A stretch of 64,000 nucleotides of DNA, taken from positions 16,375 through 80,374 of the IMG/VR virus record IMGVR_UViG_3300046167_000032, one strand, 5' to 3'. This document shows, in pieces, positions 17,018 through 27,354 of the stretch (its first letter is position 1; every line of letters begins with the position of its first letter). The stretch is from a virus. The position numbers and the translations under genes are program-made. The notes under the pieces were generated by a model. It did not search any database. It was not told where the DNA came from and saw only the letters and a program-made list of their open reading frames with translations.

Positions 17018-18241
17018 ATGGAACTATCCCTCATACGTAGCTTGATGGACAAAGATTTCTATGATGATCACAAGGGCGCACGTTGCCCAGACAGATTGTT
17101 TAGTAAAGATGTTCGCAAGATCAAGCAAGCAATTGATGCAGCCATGAATACATACGAGCGTAGTATTACACCTGCTGAGATTGAGGCATTGTTTATGTCT
17201 AACAACCCAACGCTTACAACTGCACAGCGTCAAGCATACAGTGCATTGTTTCGTCAGGTAAACAAAGAACAACCAATGGGTAGTGATGTAGCACAAGAGG
17301 TGTTATCAAAACTATTCCAACAGGTAATTGGTGAGGACATTGCTAACCTTGGCTTTGATTATGTCAATGGTAGTAAGTCTAGCTTAGAACCTTTACGTCA
17401 AATGCTTGAACAGTATGGTGACGACTTCACACCTAATCTAAAGGTTGAGTGGGAAGACATTGACCTTGATACTATCATTGCTATGACTGACCTTGAGTCA
17501 CAGTGGACGTTCAACATACCCACACTCACACGTAAGGTGGAAGGTATCAATGCAGGTCACTTGATTGAAGTAGGTGCTAGACCTAATACTGGTAAGACTT
17601 CTTTCCATGCGTCACTTGTTGCAGGTCCTAATGGGTTTGCGTGGCAGGGTGCTAAGACAGTTGTGCTATGTAATGAGGAAGGATACCATCGTGTAGCACA
17701 CAGATACATTACTGCTGCAACTGGTATGGACAAGCATGAGATCGTTAAGAATAGAGCGCATGCTATGGCTACGTTTGCTAAGATACGACCTAACATCATG
17801 TTCAAAGATGCAACAGGACGTGATATGAATTGGGTTGAGTCAGTATGTAAGTCATACAAACCTGATGTAGTTATACTAGACATGGGTGACAAGTTTGCAC
17901 GCACTTCAGGTTTCTCACGTCCTGATGAAGCACTCAAGGCCAACGCAATACAAGCTAGGCAGATAGCTAAACAACAGGACTGTGCAGTATTCTATATGTC
18001 TCAGCTATCAGCCGAGGCAGAAGGTAAGGTTGTACTCAACCAAGCTATGATGGAAGGCTCACGTACAGGTAAAGCAGCAGAAGCTGACTTGATGATTATG
18101 ATTAGTAAGAACCCAACTGTAGAAGGACAAGAAGAAGAAGACAATCAACGACACATCAATATAGTTAAGAACAAACTATCTGGATGGCATGGCATTGTAC
18201 ACACCGACCTTGAGTACAAGATTGCTAGGTACGTATGTTGA
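17018..18241 (+). CDS. SF4 (DnaB/T7 gp4-like) replicative helicase
   Basis: GARPNTGKT, VILD, SQL, IVKNK motifs. Confidence 0.92.
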   Translation: MELSLIRSLMDKDFYDDHKGARCPDRLFSKDVRKIKQAIDAAMNTYERSITPAEIEALFMSNNPTLTTAQRQAYSALFRQVNKEQPMGSDVAQEVLSKLFQQVIGEDIANLGFDYVNGSKSSLEPLRQMLEQYGDDFTPNLKVEWEDIDLDTIIAMTDLESQWTFNIPTLTRKVEGINAGHLIEVGARPNTGKTSFHASLVAGPNGFAWQGAKTVVLCNEEGYHRVAHRYITAATGMDKHEIVKNRAHAMATFAKIRPNIMFKDATGRDMNWVESVCKSYKPDVVILDMGDKFARTSGFSRPDEALKANAIQARQIAKQQDCAVFYMSQLSAEAEGKVVLNQAMMEGSRTGKAAEADLMIMISKNPTVEGQEEEDNQRHINIVKNKLSGWHGIVHTDLEYKIARYVC

Positions 18242-18444
18242 TAACGTGGTTAGATGTATCATTACTGGGGTTGGTTGCAATACTTGCATTCAATCTCTGG
18301 GAACAGAATAGACAAAGAGCATTACTTGAGAATATACTACGTGATGTATATGATTTAGTAAACAAACATAACTCATTGGCAGATGCCTTCGTAGAATTGG
18401 CTAATGACTTTGACGAACAACAGGAGATTAATAATAATGGCTAA
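18235..18444 (+). CDS. Small membrane/coiled-coil protein
   Basis: N-terminal TM followed by coiled coil. Confidence 0.6.
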   Translation: MLITWLDVSLLGLVAILAFNLWEQNRQRALLENILRDVYDLVNKHNSLADAFVELANDFDEQQEINNNG

Positions 18445-18706
18445 GTGGAAAGAGTTTGAAATAATGAAAGAGCATCATGTGTTTGATCCTGTTGAGCGAC
18501 CTGCACATTACAATCAAGATGGTATTGAATGTATAGATTATATACGTCAGGTGTTAGGAATAGATGGGTTCATTGCATATTGTCATGGTAACATGATCAA
18601 GTATCAGCATCGGTATCGTTACAAAGGTAATGGTGTAGAGGACATGAAGAAAGCTGAGTGGTATGTAAAGAGAATGAATGAGGCATTAGGGGAGAAACAT
18701 AAATGA
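18437..18706 (+). CDS. DUF3310 / T7 gp1.7-like nucleotide kinase domain
   Basis: DPVERPAHY, IECIDYI, GNMIKY..RY..K, EDMKKAEWY. Confidence 0.85.
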   Translation: MAKWKEFEIMKEHHVFDPVERPAHYNQDGIECIDYIRQVLGIDGFIAYCHGNMIKYQHRYRYKGNGVEDMKKAEWYVKRMNEALGEKHK

Positions 18707-19233
18707 AATGTAATAGATGTGACGTAGTATTAACAGAAGAAAATCAACCACCTTCATGGAGAAAAACAAACAGATCATCCTGTAAAAACTGTTCGAAAGA
18801 AAATAATCAATCAAGTAATCCAGATAGAATGTTTATCAATGGTAAGTATATACCTAAGACGCATCCTTTACACAAGGCAGGTAACTACAAATCATTTGGT
18901 GATCTAGCCTTTGGTTCTCTTAACAACTACAAACAAATAAAAGAAGGTTATGTGTATGCAATTAGTAACTCCGCATGGCCTGATTGGATCAAGATAGGTA
19001 TGGCTATTGATGCAGAAGATAGACTGAGTAGCTACCAAACAAGCTCACCTATGCGTAACTACAGATTAGTACACTCTGTATACTGTAAAGATCGCAGTGA
19101 GTCTGAGCGTTCAGCACATATACTTGCAGCACGTAAGGCGAATACACCTTGGAGTAAACAAGACAATGGTGAGTGGTTTAATATAACTGAGTCAGAAGCT
19201 GTTGATATACTAAAGGAGATTGCAGTTGATTGA
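18703..19233 (+). CDS. GIY-YIG (T5orf172-like) nuclease with N-terminal Zn ribbon
   Basis: CNRC...CKNC; GYVY...KIGMA...RL..YQT..P; GEWF. Confidence 0.8.
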   Translation: MKCNRCDVVLTEENQPPSWRKTNRSSCKNCSKENNQSSNPDRMFINGKYIPKTHPLHKAGNYKSFGDLAFGSLNNYKQIKEGYVYAISNSAWPDWIKIGMAIDAEDRLSSYQTSSPMRNYRLVHSVYCKDRSESERSAHILAARKANTPWSKQDNGEWFNITESEAVDILKEIAVD

Positions 19234-19882
19234 AGCAACATACATAGATCATATGGGTAATGACTTGTCTGTAGTTAATGCAGCTCGTGTTAGCTTCGGT
19301 AAGAAACACACAAAGTTTATTGATGCGGATAGTAATTTGATACGCTATCTTGCGGAACACAAACACATGTCACCCTTTGGGCATTGCTTTGCATCCTTCC
19401 ACATTAACGCACCAATCTTTGTGGCACGTCAGTTAGTTAAACATAAGTTTCTACGTTGGAATGAGATTAGTAGAAGGTATGTAGATGAAGATGTTGATCT
19501 GTATTACCCACCTAATGACGTATGGCGTGGACGTAGTGAGGATAAAAAACAGGGATCAGATGGTGAAGTAGACCTAAAGTACCCTGCAATGAATGGGTTC
19601 TTGCTTGACGATTTAATAGAAGAAAACGAATCGCAGCGATTATTATATAGAAACCTATTGAAAGCTGGAGTAGCTCCAGAGCAAGCACGTATGGTACTAC
19701 CACAAAGTACAATGACTGAGTGGTATTGGTCTGGTAGCTTAGATGCCTTTGCTGATATGTGTAACTTACGTTGCAAGAATGACACACAATATGAAACAAG
19801 AGTAGTTGCTAACAAGATTAGTAAAAAACTTCTTGACTTGTTTCCTGTTTCATGGGAAGCATTAAAGGAGAATGATAGATAG
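19220..19882 (+). CDS. thyX: Flavin-dependent thymidylate synthase
   Basis: VVNAARVSF, HMSPF, KHK-x7-S(RRY), EQARMVLP. Confidence 0.93.
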   Translation: MQLIEATYIDHMGNDLSVVNAARVSFGKKHTKFIDADSNLIRYLAEHKHMSPFGHCFASFHINAPIFVARQLVKHKFLRWNEISRRYVDEDVDLYYPPNDVWRGRSEDKKQGSDGEVDLKYPAMNGFLLDDLIEENESQRLLYRNLLKAGVAPEQARMVLPQSTMTEWYWSGSLDAFADMCNLRCKNDTQYETRVVANKISKKLLDLFPVSWEALKENDR

Positions 19883-19894
19883 ATTGGAGTTGGT

Positions 19895-21940
19895 ATGATA
19901 CTTACCTTAGATGTAGAGAACACAGTAGTAAAAAGAAATGGTAAGCTTCACCTTGACCCATTCGAGCCTGAGAACACACTTGTTATGGTGGGTATGCTAG
20001 ATGATAACAATAACGAAACTATTATTACATTCGATCATTCAGAGCAAACACCAACTGCAAATGGACGAGCTATTGTTCAAGATAAATTGGACAAGACTCG
20101 TCTGCTTGTAGCACACAATGCACCCCATGATCTACTGTGGTTGTGGGAGTCAGGCTTTACATACGATGGTGATGTATTCGACACTATGCTTGGCGAGTAC
20201 GTATTACAACGTGGTCAGAAGCAACCACTATCCCTTGAGGCATGTGCAGAACGTTACATGCTAGAGACACAGAAGCAAGACTCATTGAAGGAGTGGCTCA
20301 AGGCAGGTAAGTCAGTACGTGACATGAATCACGCTGAGTTATCAGAGTACTTGTCTGCTGACCTTCATGCTACACAGCAATTGTATGATCGTTTGCGGAT
20401 ATCATACGAGGGATGCAGTACACTAGAACCAACCATCAAGCTGACTAATCAGTTAGCTGTACACCTAGCACGTATATACCAACGTGGTTTGAAGGTTGAT
20501 ATGAATGCACTAAACTCTGTTAGAGAAGAGTTCGAACAAGAACGTAATCAACTAACAGTTTCACTTGAGCAGCAGACTGCAGAGCTAATGGGTGACAGAC
20601 CTATTAACCTCAACAGTCCAGAGCAATTGTCTTGGGTTATATATAGTCGTAAGCCACATGATAAGAAGTTCTGGAAAGAATTGTTTGATGATCGTATGCC
20701 TGACGCAGAATACAAACGTAATGTAAATGCGTACAGTAGTAAGTTATTCAAACAGAAAGCTAGTCAATGCCGTACATGTAATGGCACTGGCAAAACATGG
20801 AAACAAAAGAAGGATGGTACACCATATGCTAAACCAAATAGATGCGTTAGTTGTGACGCTACAGGATATAGTTTTACTGATATTGATAGTAGGGTGGCTG
20901 GGCTAAAGTTCACACCACCTACTGCTAAGTGGATCAGTGCCAATGGTTTTGGTACAGGCAAGGACAATCTATTATTCCTTGAAGGTATTGCAAGATCAAG
21001 AGGTATGAAAGAAGCTGAGACATTCTTACGTAATGTACGTAGGTTGTCTGCAGTTGAGACTTACCTCAGCAGTTTTGTTGAGGGCATTGCTAACTTCGTC
21101 AAGCCTGATGGCCTACTGCATGTACGTTTATTACAGCATCGTACAGGTACAGGCAGACTATCAGGTGCTGACCCTAACATGCAGAACATGCCACGTGGTG
21201 GTACATTCCCTGTTAAGAAGGTGTTTGTGTCACGTTGGAAAGGTGGACAGATCATGGAAGCTGACTTCGCACAGCTTGAGTTCAGAGTTGCTGCATACTT
21301 ATCACAAGATATGACTGCCATTGACGAGGTGACTACAGGCTTTGATGTGCATAGCTATACAGCTAAGGTTATCAGTGATGCAGGTCAACCTATGTCACGT
21401 CAAGAAGCCAAGGCACACACATTTGCTCCTCTATATGGGGCGAGTGGTTTCGGTAGATCACAAGCAGAAGCTGCGTACTACAAACAGTTCACTACTAAGT
21501 ATGCAGGTATTGCTAAGTGGCATACTGCACTTGCCAAAGAAGCACTAAACACTGGCAAGATAACAACTCCATCAGGGCGTGAGTTTGCATTCCCTGATGT
21601 ACAGCGTAGACGATTCGGGGGTGTGACATATTTCACACAGATTAAAAATTATCCTGTACAATCGTTTGCTACAGCAGACATCGTACCTATCTCACTGATA
21701 TACATAGATAAGTTATTGATGGCTAACAAGTTACACAGTTGTGTTGTGAACACAGTCCACGATTCAATTGTAATTGACATACACCCAGATGAAGAGGAAA
21801 TAGTATTGAAGATCATACAGGTAGCCAACGACAAGTTGATACCTATAGTAAATAAGAAGTGGTCACTGGACTTTAACATACCACTATTATTAGAAGCAAA
21901 AATTGGCCCTAACTGGCTTGACACAAAAGACGTAGTGTGA
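19895..21940 (+). CDS. polA: Family A DNA polymerase with 3'-5' exonuclease and DnaJ-like Zn-finger insert
   Basis: LDVE exo I; TGRLS, DFAQLEFR, KAHTFAPLYG (Phe at E. coli 762 position), VHDS; CRTCNGTG...CVSCDATG. Confidence 0.96.
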   Translation: MILTLDVENTVVKRNGKLHLDPFEPENTLVMVGMLDDNNNETIITFDHSEQTPTANGRAIVQDKLDKTRLLVAHNAPHDLLWLWESGFTYDGDVFDTMLGEYVLQRGQKQPLSLEACAERYMLETQKQDSLKEWLKAGKSVRDMNHAELSEYLSADLHATQQLYDRLRISYEGCSTLEPTIKLTNQLAVHLARIYQRGLKVDMNALNSVREEFEQERNQLTVSLEQQTAELMGDRPINLNSPEQLSWVIYSRKPHDKKFWKELFDDRMPDAEYKRNVNAYSSKLFKQKASQCRTCNGTGKTWKQKKDGTPYAKPNRCVSCDATGYSFTDIDSRVAGLKFTPPTAKWISANGFGTGKDNLLFLEGIARSRGMKEAETFLRNVRRLSAVETYLSSFVEGIANFVKPDGLLHVRLLQHRTGTGRLSGADPNMQNMPRGGTFPVKKVFVSRWKGGQIMEADFAQLEFRVAAYLSQDMTAIDEVTTGFDVHSYTAKVISDAGQPMSRQEAKAHTFAPLYGASGFGRSQAEAAYYKQFTTKYAGIAKWHTALAKEALNTGKITTPSGREFAFPDVQRRRFGGVTYFTQIKNYPVQSFATADIVPISLIYIDKLLMANKLHSCVVNTVHDSIVIDIHPDEEEIVLKIIQVANDKLIPIVNKKWSLDFNIPLLLEAKIGPNWLDTKDVV

Positions 21941-21946
21941 TATAAC
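21918..21946 (+). promoter_or_regulatory. Sigma70 promoter TTGACA-N17-TATAAC upstream of SSB-like gene
   Basis: Direct reading. Confidence 0.7.
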
Positions 21947-21985
21947 TACCTTTCGTCTGATAAACATATATAGGAGATAAGACAT

Positions 21986-22879
21986 ATGAACACAGTAACA
22001 ACAGTAGACACAAACAACTTTGCAGAGATGGCACAAGCTATGGGTATGGGTGCTGACTCACCTAAGACTAGCAAGTCAGCTAGTACATTGGCACGTCTAC
22101 GCATTCATCACACACCCATCATGGGTCAGCAAGAGATTGCAGGTAAGATGAAGAACGTAGAAGTCATTGGCGGCGGTGCATATAAACTAGAGATACCAGA
22201 TGGTCCTACGTACTACGCTGATCAAGTATCTATCCGACCATTCCTACAGCGATTCATGTATAAGAAGTTCGTCAAGGGTAGTGATAAGACACCTAACAAG
22301 TTCGTCAAGACTGTCATGGCTAATGATCTTAACAGTGACATGAAGGACAACGATGGTGGCTTCAACTGTGGTAAACCTGCAGGGTTCATCAAGGATTGGG
22401 CATCACTACCTGACAGTATGAAAGACTTAATCAAGTCAATCAAACGTGTGCGTGCATTGTTTGGTACAGTAGAGTTGGTTAATCCTACTGATGCTGATGG
22501 TAATCCTGTTGATGTAGATACTACTGCATTCATCTGGGAGATTGATAATCGTGATGCATTCAAAACATTAGGTGAACAGTTTGCCAAGTTATCTAAGATG
22601 CGTAGGCTACCACCACAGCATTACATTACCTCTACTACTAAGGAAGTACCACTACCAAATGGTAGCAGTTTCTATGTACCAGAGACTGACATTGACTTGT
22701 CTAACACACTAGACATGGACAATGAGTCGCAAGCAGTCTTTGCTAACTTTGTTGCGTGGATTGAGAACTACAATACATACATTCTCAATGCATGGAATGA
22801 GAACATGCACAAGAATGAAGAGGTAGACACAGATACTGTCGAAGCCTTTGTGGACATTGACGCAGAGGACTTCGTATAA
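21986..22879 (+). CDS. Probable single-stranded DNA-binding protein
   Basis: Between polymerase and exonuclease; acidic tail with penultimate Phe (DAEDFV). Confidence 0.55.
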   Translation: MNTVTTVDTNNFAEMAQAMGMGADSPKTSKSASTLARLRIHHTPIMGQQEIAGKMKNVEVIGGGAYKLEIPDGPTYYADQVSIRPFLQRFMYKKFVKGSDKTPNKFVKTVMANDLNSDMKDNDGGFNCGKPAGFIKDWASLPDSMKDLIKSIKRVRALFGTVELVNPTDADGNPVDVDTTAFIWEIDNRDAFKTLGEQFAKLSKMRRLPPQHYITSTTKEVPLPNGSSFYVPETDIDLSNTLDMDNESQAVFANFVAWIENYNTYILNAWNENMHKNEEVDTDTVEAFVDIDAEDFV

Positions 22880-23733
22880 TGAACCACCCTGCTGAACTGG
22901 CGATAAATCAGTATCTTGAAGATGCTACATCTGGTAAATCTAGTATGTCTGAAGAGACTATACAACAGATTGGTAAGGATGTAATGGATTCAGTACGCCG
23001 CCAGTTCGGTGGGGGCAACAGTCGTGATGAGTTTCGTTTACGTATGTCTAACATAGGTAAGCCTACTTGTCAGCTTTGGTTTGCTAAGAACAAGCCAGAG
23101 AAAGCGTTGCCCAAACCGACAACTTTCGTGATGAACATGTTACTTGGAGACATAGTCGAAGCTGCATTTAAAGGTATCATTACCGAAGCAGGTGTAGCCT
23201 ATGAAGACGAAGATAACTTTGTTCAACTTGAATTAAACGAAGATACAATACATGGGTCATACGATCTTATTATGGATGGTGCATTAGATGATGTTAAGTC
23301 AGCATCTGATTGGTCATATCGTAACAAGTTTGAATCGTATGATACACTCAGTAAGGGTGATTCATTTGGTTACATTGGTCAGCTTGCAGGTTATGCAAAG
23401 GCTACTGGTAAGAAAGCTGGTGGTTGGTGGGTAGTCAACAAGGCTAATGGTAACATCAAGTATGTACCTGCCGATGGACTTGACTTGGATACAGAGATAG
23501 CTAAGATACAAGACACTGTAGACACAGTTAATAAGAATGAGTTTAAAAGATGTTTCAATCCCGTACCAGAAACGTTTCGGGGTAAGCCATCAGGTAATAC
23601 TATTCTAAATCCTAACTGTAAGTTCTGTGACTTTAGGTTTGAATGCTTTCCAGAACTACAAGAGTTACCATCTAAGGTATCACAAGCTAGAGTTAAACCA
23701 ACAGTAAGTTATATTACTGTAAACGAGGGTTAA
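22879..23733 (+). CDS. PD-(D/E)XK exonuclease, Cas4/RecB-like
   Basis: GSYD...DDVKS, QLAGY; 1+3 Cys pattern (PTCQ...CKFCDFRFEC). Confidence 0.8.
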   Translation: MNHPAELAINQYLEDATSGKSSMSEETIQQIGKDVMDSVRRQFGGGNSRDEFRLRMSNIGKPTCQLWFAKNKPEKALPKPTTFVMNMLLGDIVEAAFKGIITEAGVAYEDEDNFVQLELNEDTIHGSYDLIMDGALDDVKSASDWSYRNKFESYDTLSKGDSFGYIGQLAGYAKATGKKAGGWWVVNKANGNIKYVPADGLDLDTEIAKIQDTVDTVNKNEFKRCFNPVPETFRGKPSGNTILNPNCKFCDFRFECFPELQELPSKVSQARVKPTVSYITVNEG

Positions 23734-23736
23734 ACC

Positions 23737-24189
23737 ATGAAGGCAAAGCAGTACGCTGCCGCAAGGAAGCATGGGTATAGGAGTGGGTTAGAGGTCAGGA
23801 CAAGAGACTATCTAATTGAGCATGAGATGCCATTCAAATATGAGGAGATCAAGATTGAATGGGAAGACCTTATGTACCGCACCTATACCCCTGACTTTGT
23901 ATTGAAGAACGGCATTATAATTGAGACAAAAGGAATGTTCAAAGCTGAAGATCGCCGTAAACATCTATTAATAAAGAAGCAACACCCTAAGTTAGACATA
24001 CGATTTGTATTTACTAACAGTCGTTCTAAGATAAGTAAGGGTGCTAAAACTAGCTATGGACAATGGTGTGAGAAAAATGGTATACAGTATCATGATCGTA
24101 TCATTCCATTGGAGTGGCTGAAAGAAAAAGGCAAAGACAAACATCCAGATTTAATTAACTGCCCATACAAAAAGATAAAGAGAGGATAG
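23737..24189 (+). CDS. Endonuclease I / Holliday junction resolvase (T7 gp3-like)
   Basis: YRSGLE, YTPDF, IETKG, DIRFVF. Confidence 0.92.
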   Translation: MKAKQYAAARKHGYRSGLEVRTRDYLIEHEMPFKYEEIKIEWEDLMYRTYTPDFVLKNGIIIETKGMFKAEDRRKHLLIKKQHPKLDIRFVFTNSRSKISKGAKTSYGQWCEKNGIQYHDRIIPLEWLKEKGKDKHPDLINCPYKKIKRG

Positions 24190-24196
24190 CGCAGAC

Positions 24197-24550
24197 ATGA
24201 ATGAAGAGAATGTATTAATAGATTTCCATCCTAATGATTATATTATCAAGCTATCTCCATTTTTAGATGAGAAGGGTAACTGGACAGGAGAGTTGATGGT
24301 AGGCACTATATCTACAGAAGATAATGTGATGAATGATAATGATCACTACCAACTCACACATCTAACTCAGATGATTTGTGCCTCTATACCTGCTATGGAA
24401 GAGAGTGCAGAAGTTCGTGATCTACTAAGTGAGATAGTAGAGGAAGCTAAGAATGAAGGTATCTTAACAGAGTTACCAGAAGAGAAAACTAAAAAGAAAC
24501 CAGATATAACCAGTGTAGATAAAAATATAATCAACGTTAAGTTTCATTAA
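24197..24550 (+). CDS. Hypothetical protein
   Basis: ORF with SD in operon. Confidence 0.75.
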   Translation: MNEENVLIDFHPNDYIIKLSPFLDEKGNWTGELMVGTISTEDNVMNDNDHYQLTHLTQMICASIPAMEESAEVRDLLSEIVEEAKNEGILTELPEEKTKKKPDITSVDKNIINVKFH

Positions 24551-24563
24551 GGGGGACAATGAT

Positions 24564-24722
24564 ATGATAGTAAAAATATTTCTAACTCTTGATTTAGATG
24601 AAGATGAGTATCCTGTACCTGTAGATGGAAAGATACACGATGAAGTAGAAGACGCATTAAAAGAGTTTATATATGATGTTGACGGGATGGAAATCCAATC
24701 AATCAAAACAATAGTGGAGTAG
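24564..24722 (+). CDS. 52-aa acidic protein, absent from track
   Basis: MIVKIFLTLDLDEDEYPVPVDG...; fills gap before nrdJ. Confidence 0.7.
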   Translation: MIVKIFLTLDLDEDEYPVPVDGKIHDEVEDALKEFIYDVDGMEIQSIKTIVE

Positions 24723-24723
24723 T

Positions 24724-26637
24724 ATGAATATGAATAACCATTTACCAACTGACTATCAATCTTTCATACACAAGTCACGTTATGCACGTTGGCTTGAGGA
24801 AGAAGGCCGTAGAGAAACGTGGTCAGAAACAGTAGGACGATACATGACGAACCTAGTGCAACCAGCATTAGGTGATAACCCTAAACAGATAGCAGAGATT
24901 GAACGGGCTATACTAGGACTAGAAGTGATGCCTTCTATGCGAGCATTAATGACTGCTGGTCCAGCTTTAGCTCGTGACAATACAGCAGGTTACAATTGCT
25001 CGTATCTAGCAGTAGACGATGTTAAATCTTTTGATGAAGCTATGTTTATTCTGTTGTGTGGTACAGGTGTTGGGTTCTCAGTTGAACGTCAATCTGTGAC
25101 TAAACTACCAGAAGTACCAGAGCATATGTATGATAGTGAAACTACTATTGTAGTTAAAGATAGCAAAGAAGGTTGGGCTAAAGCATTACGTCAGATGATT
25201 GCACTACTATATAGTGGTGAGATACCAAGATGGGATGTGTCTAAGGTACGACCTGCAGGTGCAAAGCTAAAGACATTTGGTGGTAGAGCATCAGGTCCTA
25301 TGCCTTTGATTGATCTGTTTAACTTTGTTATCAAGACATTTAAAGATGCCAAAGGACGTAAGCTATCGTCACTAGAGTGTCACGACATCATGTGTAAGAT
25401 AGGTGAGGTAGTAGTCGTAGGTGGAGTACGCCGTAGTGCTATGATTTCATTGAGTAATTTATCAGATGATAGAATGCGACATGCTAAGTCAGGCTCATGG
25501 TGGGACAATGATCCTCAACGTGCATTGGCTAACAACTCTGTGTCATACACTGAGAAGCCTGATAGTTTATCTTTCATGCGTGAGTGGATGGCGTTAGTTG
25601 AGTCAGGCTCAGGTGAACGTGGTATCTTCAACAGACAAGCATCTAAGAAACAAGCGGCTAAGAATGGAAGACGTGACCCTAACTATGAGTTCGGAACTAA
25701 CCCATGCAGCGAGATAATTTTGAGGAAGAATCAATTCTGTAATCTAACAGAGGTAGTTGTAAGAGCTACTGATAGTACAGAAGACTTAGAACGTAAGGTA
25801 CGTATAGCTACAATACTAGGTACAATACAATCATCATTCACTAAGTTCCCATACTTACGTAAGTCATGGCAAACTAATACAGAAGAAGAAAGATTACTTG
25901 GTGTATCTATGACAGGTATCATGGATAACCCATTGACTACAAAAGCTAACAAAGGATTGGAGAAAACTCTTGAACACCTCAAACAAATCGCCGTTGCTAC
26001 TAATGCTAAGTGGGCTGAACGCCTTGATATCCCTGTCAGTACTGCTATCAGCTGTGTTAAACCAAGCGGTACTGTCAGCCAACTGGTTGACTCTAGCAGT
26101 GGCATACACGCTCGTCACTCAGCCTATTATATTCGCACTGTACGTGGAGACAACAAAGACCCGTTGACACAGTTCATGATTGATCAAGGTATACCTAACG
26201 AGCCAGATGTAATGAAGCCTGATCAGACTACAGTGTTCAGCTTCCCTATGAAAGCTCCACAAGGTGCAACAGTTACTGCTGACATGACTGCTATAGAACA
26301 GCTAGAGATGTGGTTAGCCTATCAGAGATCATGGTGTGAACACAAACCATCTGTTACGATTAATGTAAAGAATAACGAGTGGTTTGAGGTAGGTGCATTT
26401 GTGTATAAACATTTTGATGAGATGTCAGGTGTATCATTCTTACCATTCAATGAACACACTTATCAGCAAGCACCTTACCAAGATGTAGAAGAGAAGACAT
26501 ACCTAGAGTTACTAGGGTCTATGCCTTCATCTATTGATTGGAGTGAACTATCTGAGTACGAACAGGAAGACAACACAGCAGGTAGCCAGACACTAGCATG
26601 TTCTGGAGATAGCTGTGAGATTGTTGACTTAGTATAA
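24724..26637 (+). CDS. nrdJ: Class II (B12-dependent) ribonucleotide reductase
   Basis: TNPCSEI, CNLTE, KPSGTVS, C-terminal CSGDSC; no beta subunit gene seen. Confidence 0.93.
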   Translation: MNMNNHLPTDYQSFIHKSRYARWLEEEGRRETWSETVGRYMTNLVQPALGDNPKQIAEIERAILGLEVMPSMRALMTAGPALARDNTAGYNCSYLAVDDVKSFDEAMFILLCGTGVGFSVERQSVTKLPEVPEHMYDSETTIVVKDSKEGWAKALRQMIALLYSGEIPRWDVSKVRPAGAKLKTFGGRASGPMPLIDLFNFVIKTFKDAKGRKLSSLECHDIMCKIGEVVVVGGVRRSAMISLSNLSDDRMRHAKSGSWWDNDPQRALANNSVSYTEKPDSLSFMREWMALVESGSGERGIFNRQASKKQAAKNGRRDPNYEFGTNPCSEIILRKNQFCNLTEVVVRATDSTEDLERKVRIATILGTIQSSFTKFPYLRKSWQTNTEEERLLGVSMTGIMDNPLTTKANKGLEKTLEHLKQIAVATNAKWAERLDIPVSTAISCVKPSGTVSQLVDSSSGIHARHSAYYIRTVRGDNKDPLTQFMIDQGIPNEPDVMKPDQTTVFSFPMKAPQGATVTADMTAIEQLEMWLAYQRSWCEHKPSVTINVKNNEWFEVGAFVYKHFDEMSGVSFLPFNEHTYQQAPYQDVEEKTYLELLGSMPSSIDWSELSEYEQEDNTAGSQTLACSGDSCEIVDLV

Positions 26638-26876
26638 TGTTTGTGGTAATATCCAGAGACAATTGTAGCTTTTGTAATATGTCAAAAGATTTAATATATC
26701 TTTACAATCAAAGTTACAGAGAGTATAATGTGGAATCAGGCAGTTCAAAATGGATACTGTCTTTATTAAAAAAGGCAGGGTACAAAACTGTACCTCAAAT
26801 ATATGCTCCCGATGGCTCATACATCGGGGGTTATGAATCACTACTAACCTATATGAAGGAGAATCACAATGGCTAA
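26637..26876 (+). CDS. Glutaredoxin
   Basis: CSFC, TVPQI, IGGY. Confidence 0.9.
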   Translation: MFVVISRDNCSFCNMSKDLIYLYNQSYREYNVESGSSKWILSLLKKAGYKTVPQIYAPDGSYIGGYESLLTYMKENHNG

Positions 26877-27081
26877 AGTAACGATAGATGAGGTTGAATA
26901 TGAATCAGATGATTTTACAGATACTCAGAAGAATCTTTTACAAGAGATCACAATCAATAACAATATCCAATCACAAAAGAACTACGAGATACACTGTCTC
27001 AAGTTCACTAATGAAACACTGGTGGCTAAACTAAAGGAAGAGTTAAACGCACCAGAAGCTGAAGAACCTAAGAAGGAATAA
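26869..27081 (+). CDS. Hypothetical protein
   Basis: VTIDEVEY...FTD.QK coiled-coil pattern; AAGGAG SD. Confidence 0.75.
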   Translation: MAKVTIDEVEYESDDFTDTQKNLLQEITINNNIQSQKNYEIHCLKFTNETLVAKLKEELNAPEAEEPKKE

Positions 27082-27096
27082 CATAGGATAATCCTT

Positions 27097-27354
27097 ATGA
27101 TTAAACGTACAAGAGAATCACGTGGTCTGGGTAAGTATGACGCACCGCTAAAGCTACAACATCAAATGGGATACAGTAGTTTTAAACGTGGTAGTACTAA
27201 GAACCCATTCAGTGAAGATACTATGCAGTATCGTGAGTGGAATAGAGGGTATAGTAAAGCCTTCTATGATAATTTAAAACGGGTAACTACCGATGAACTT
27301 AGAACAAGAAGCCGAGCAATTTATGAAGGAGAAGTACAACATGGTAGAGTTTAA
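27097..27354 (+). CDS. Rmf/CrpP-like small protein
   Basis: GY..F..G...NPF......EW.RGY pattern. Confidence 0.5.
   Translation: MIKRTRESRGLGKYDAPLKLQHQMGYSSFKRGSTKNPFSEDTMQYREWNRGYSKAFYDNLKRVTTDELRTRSRAIYEGEVQHGRV

Noticed and set aside
19895-26637. Inteins or introns in polA or nrdJ
   Set aside because: ORFs are continuous and of normal length, with no splice-junction motifs.
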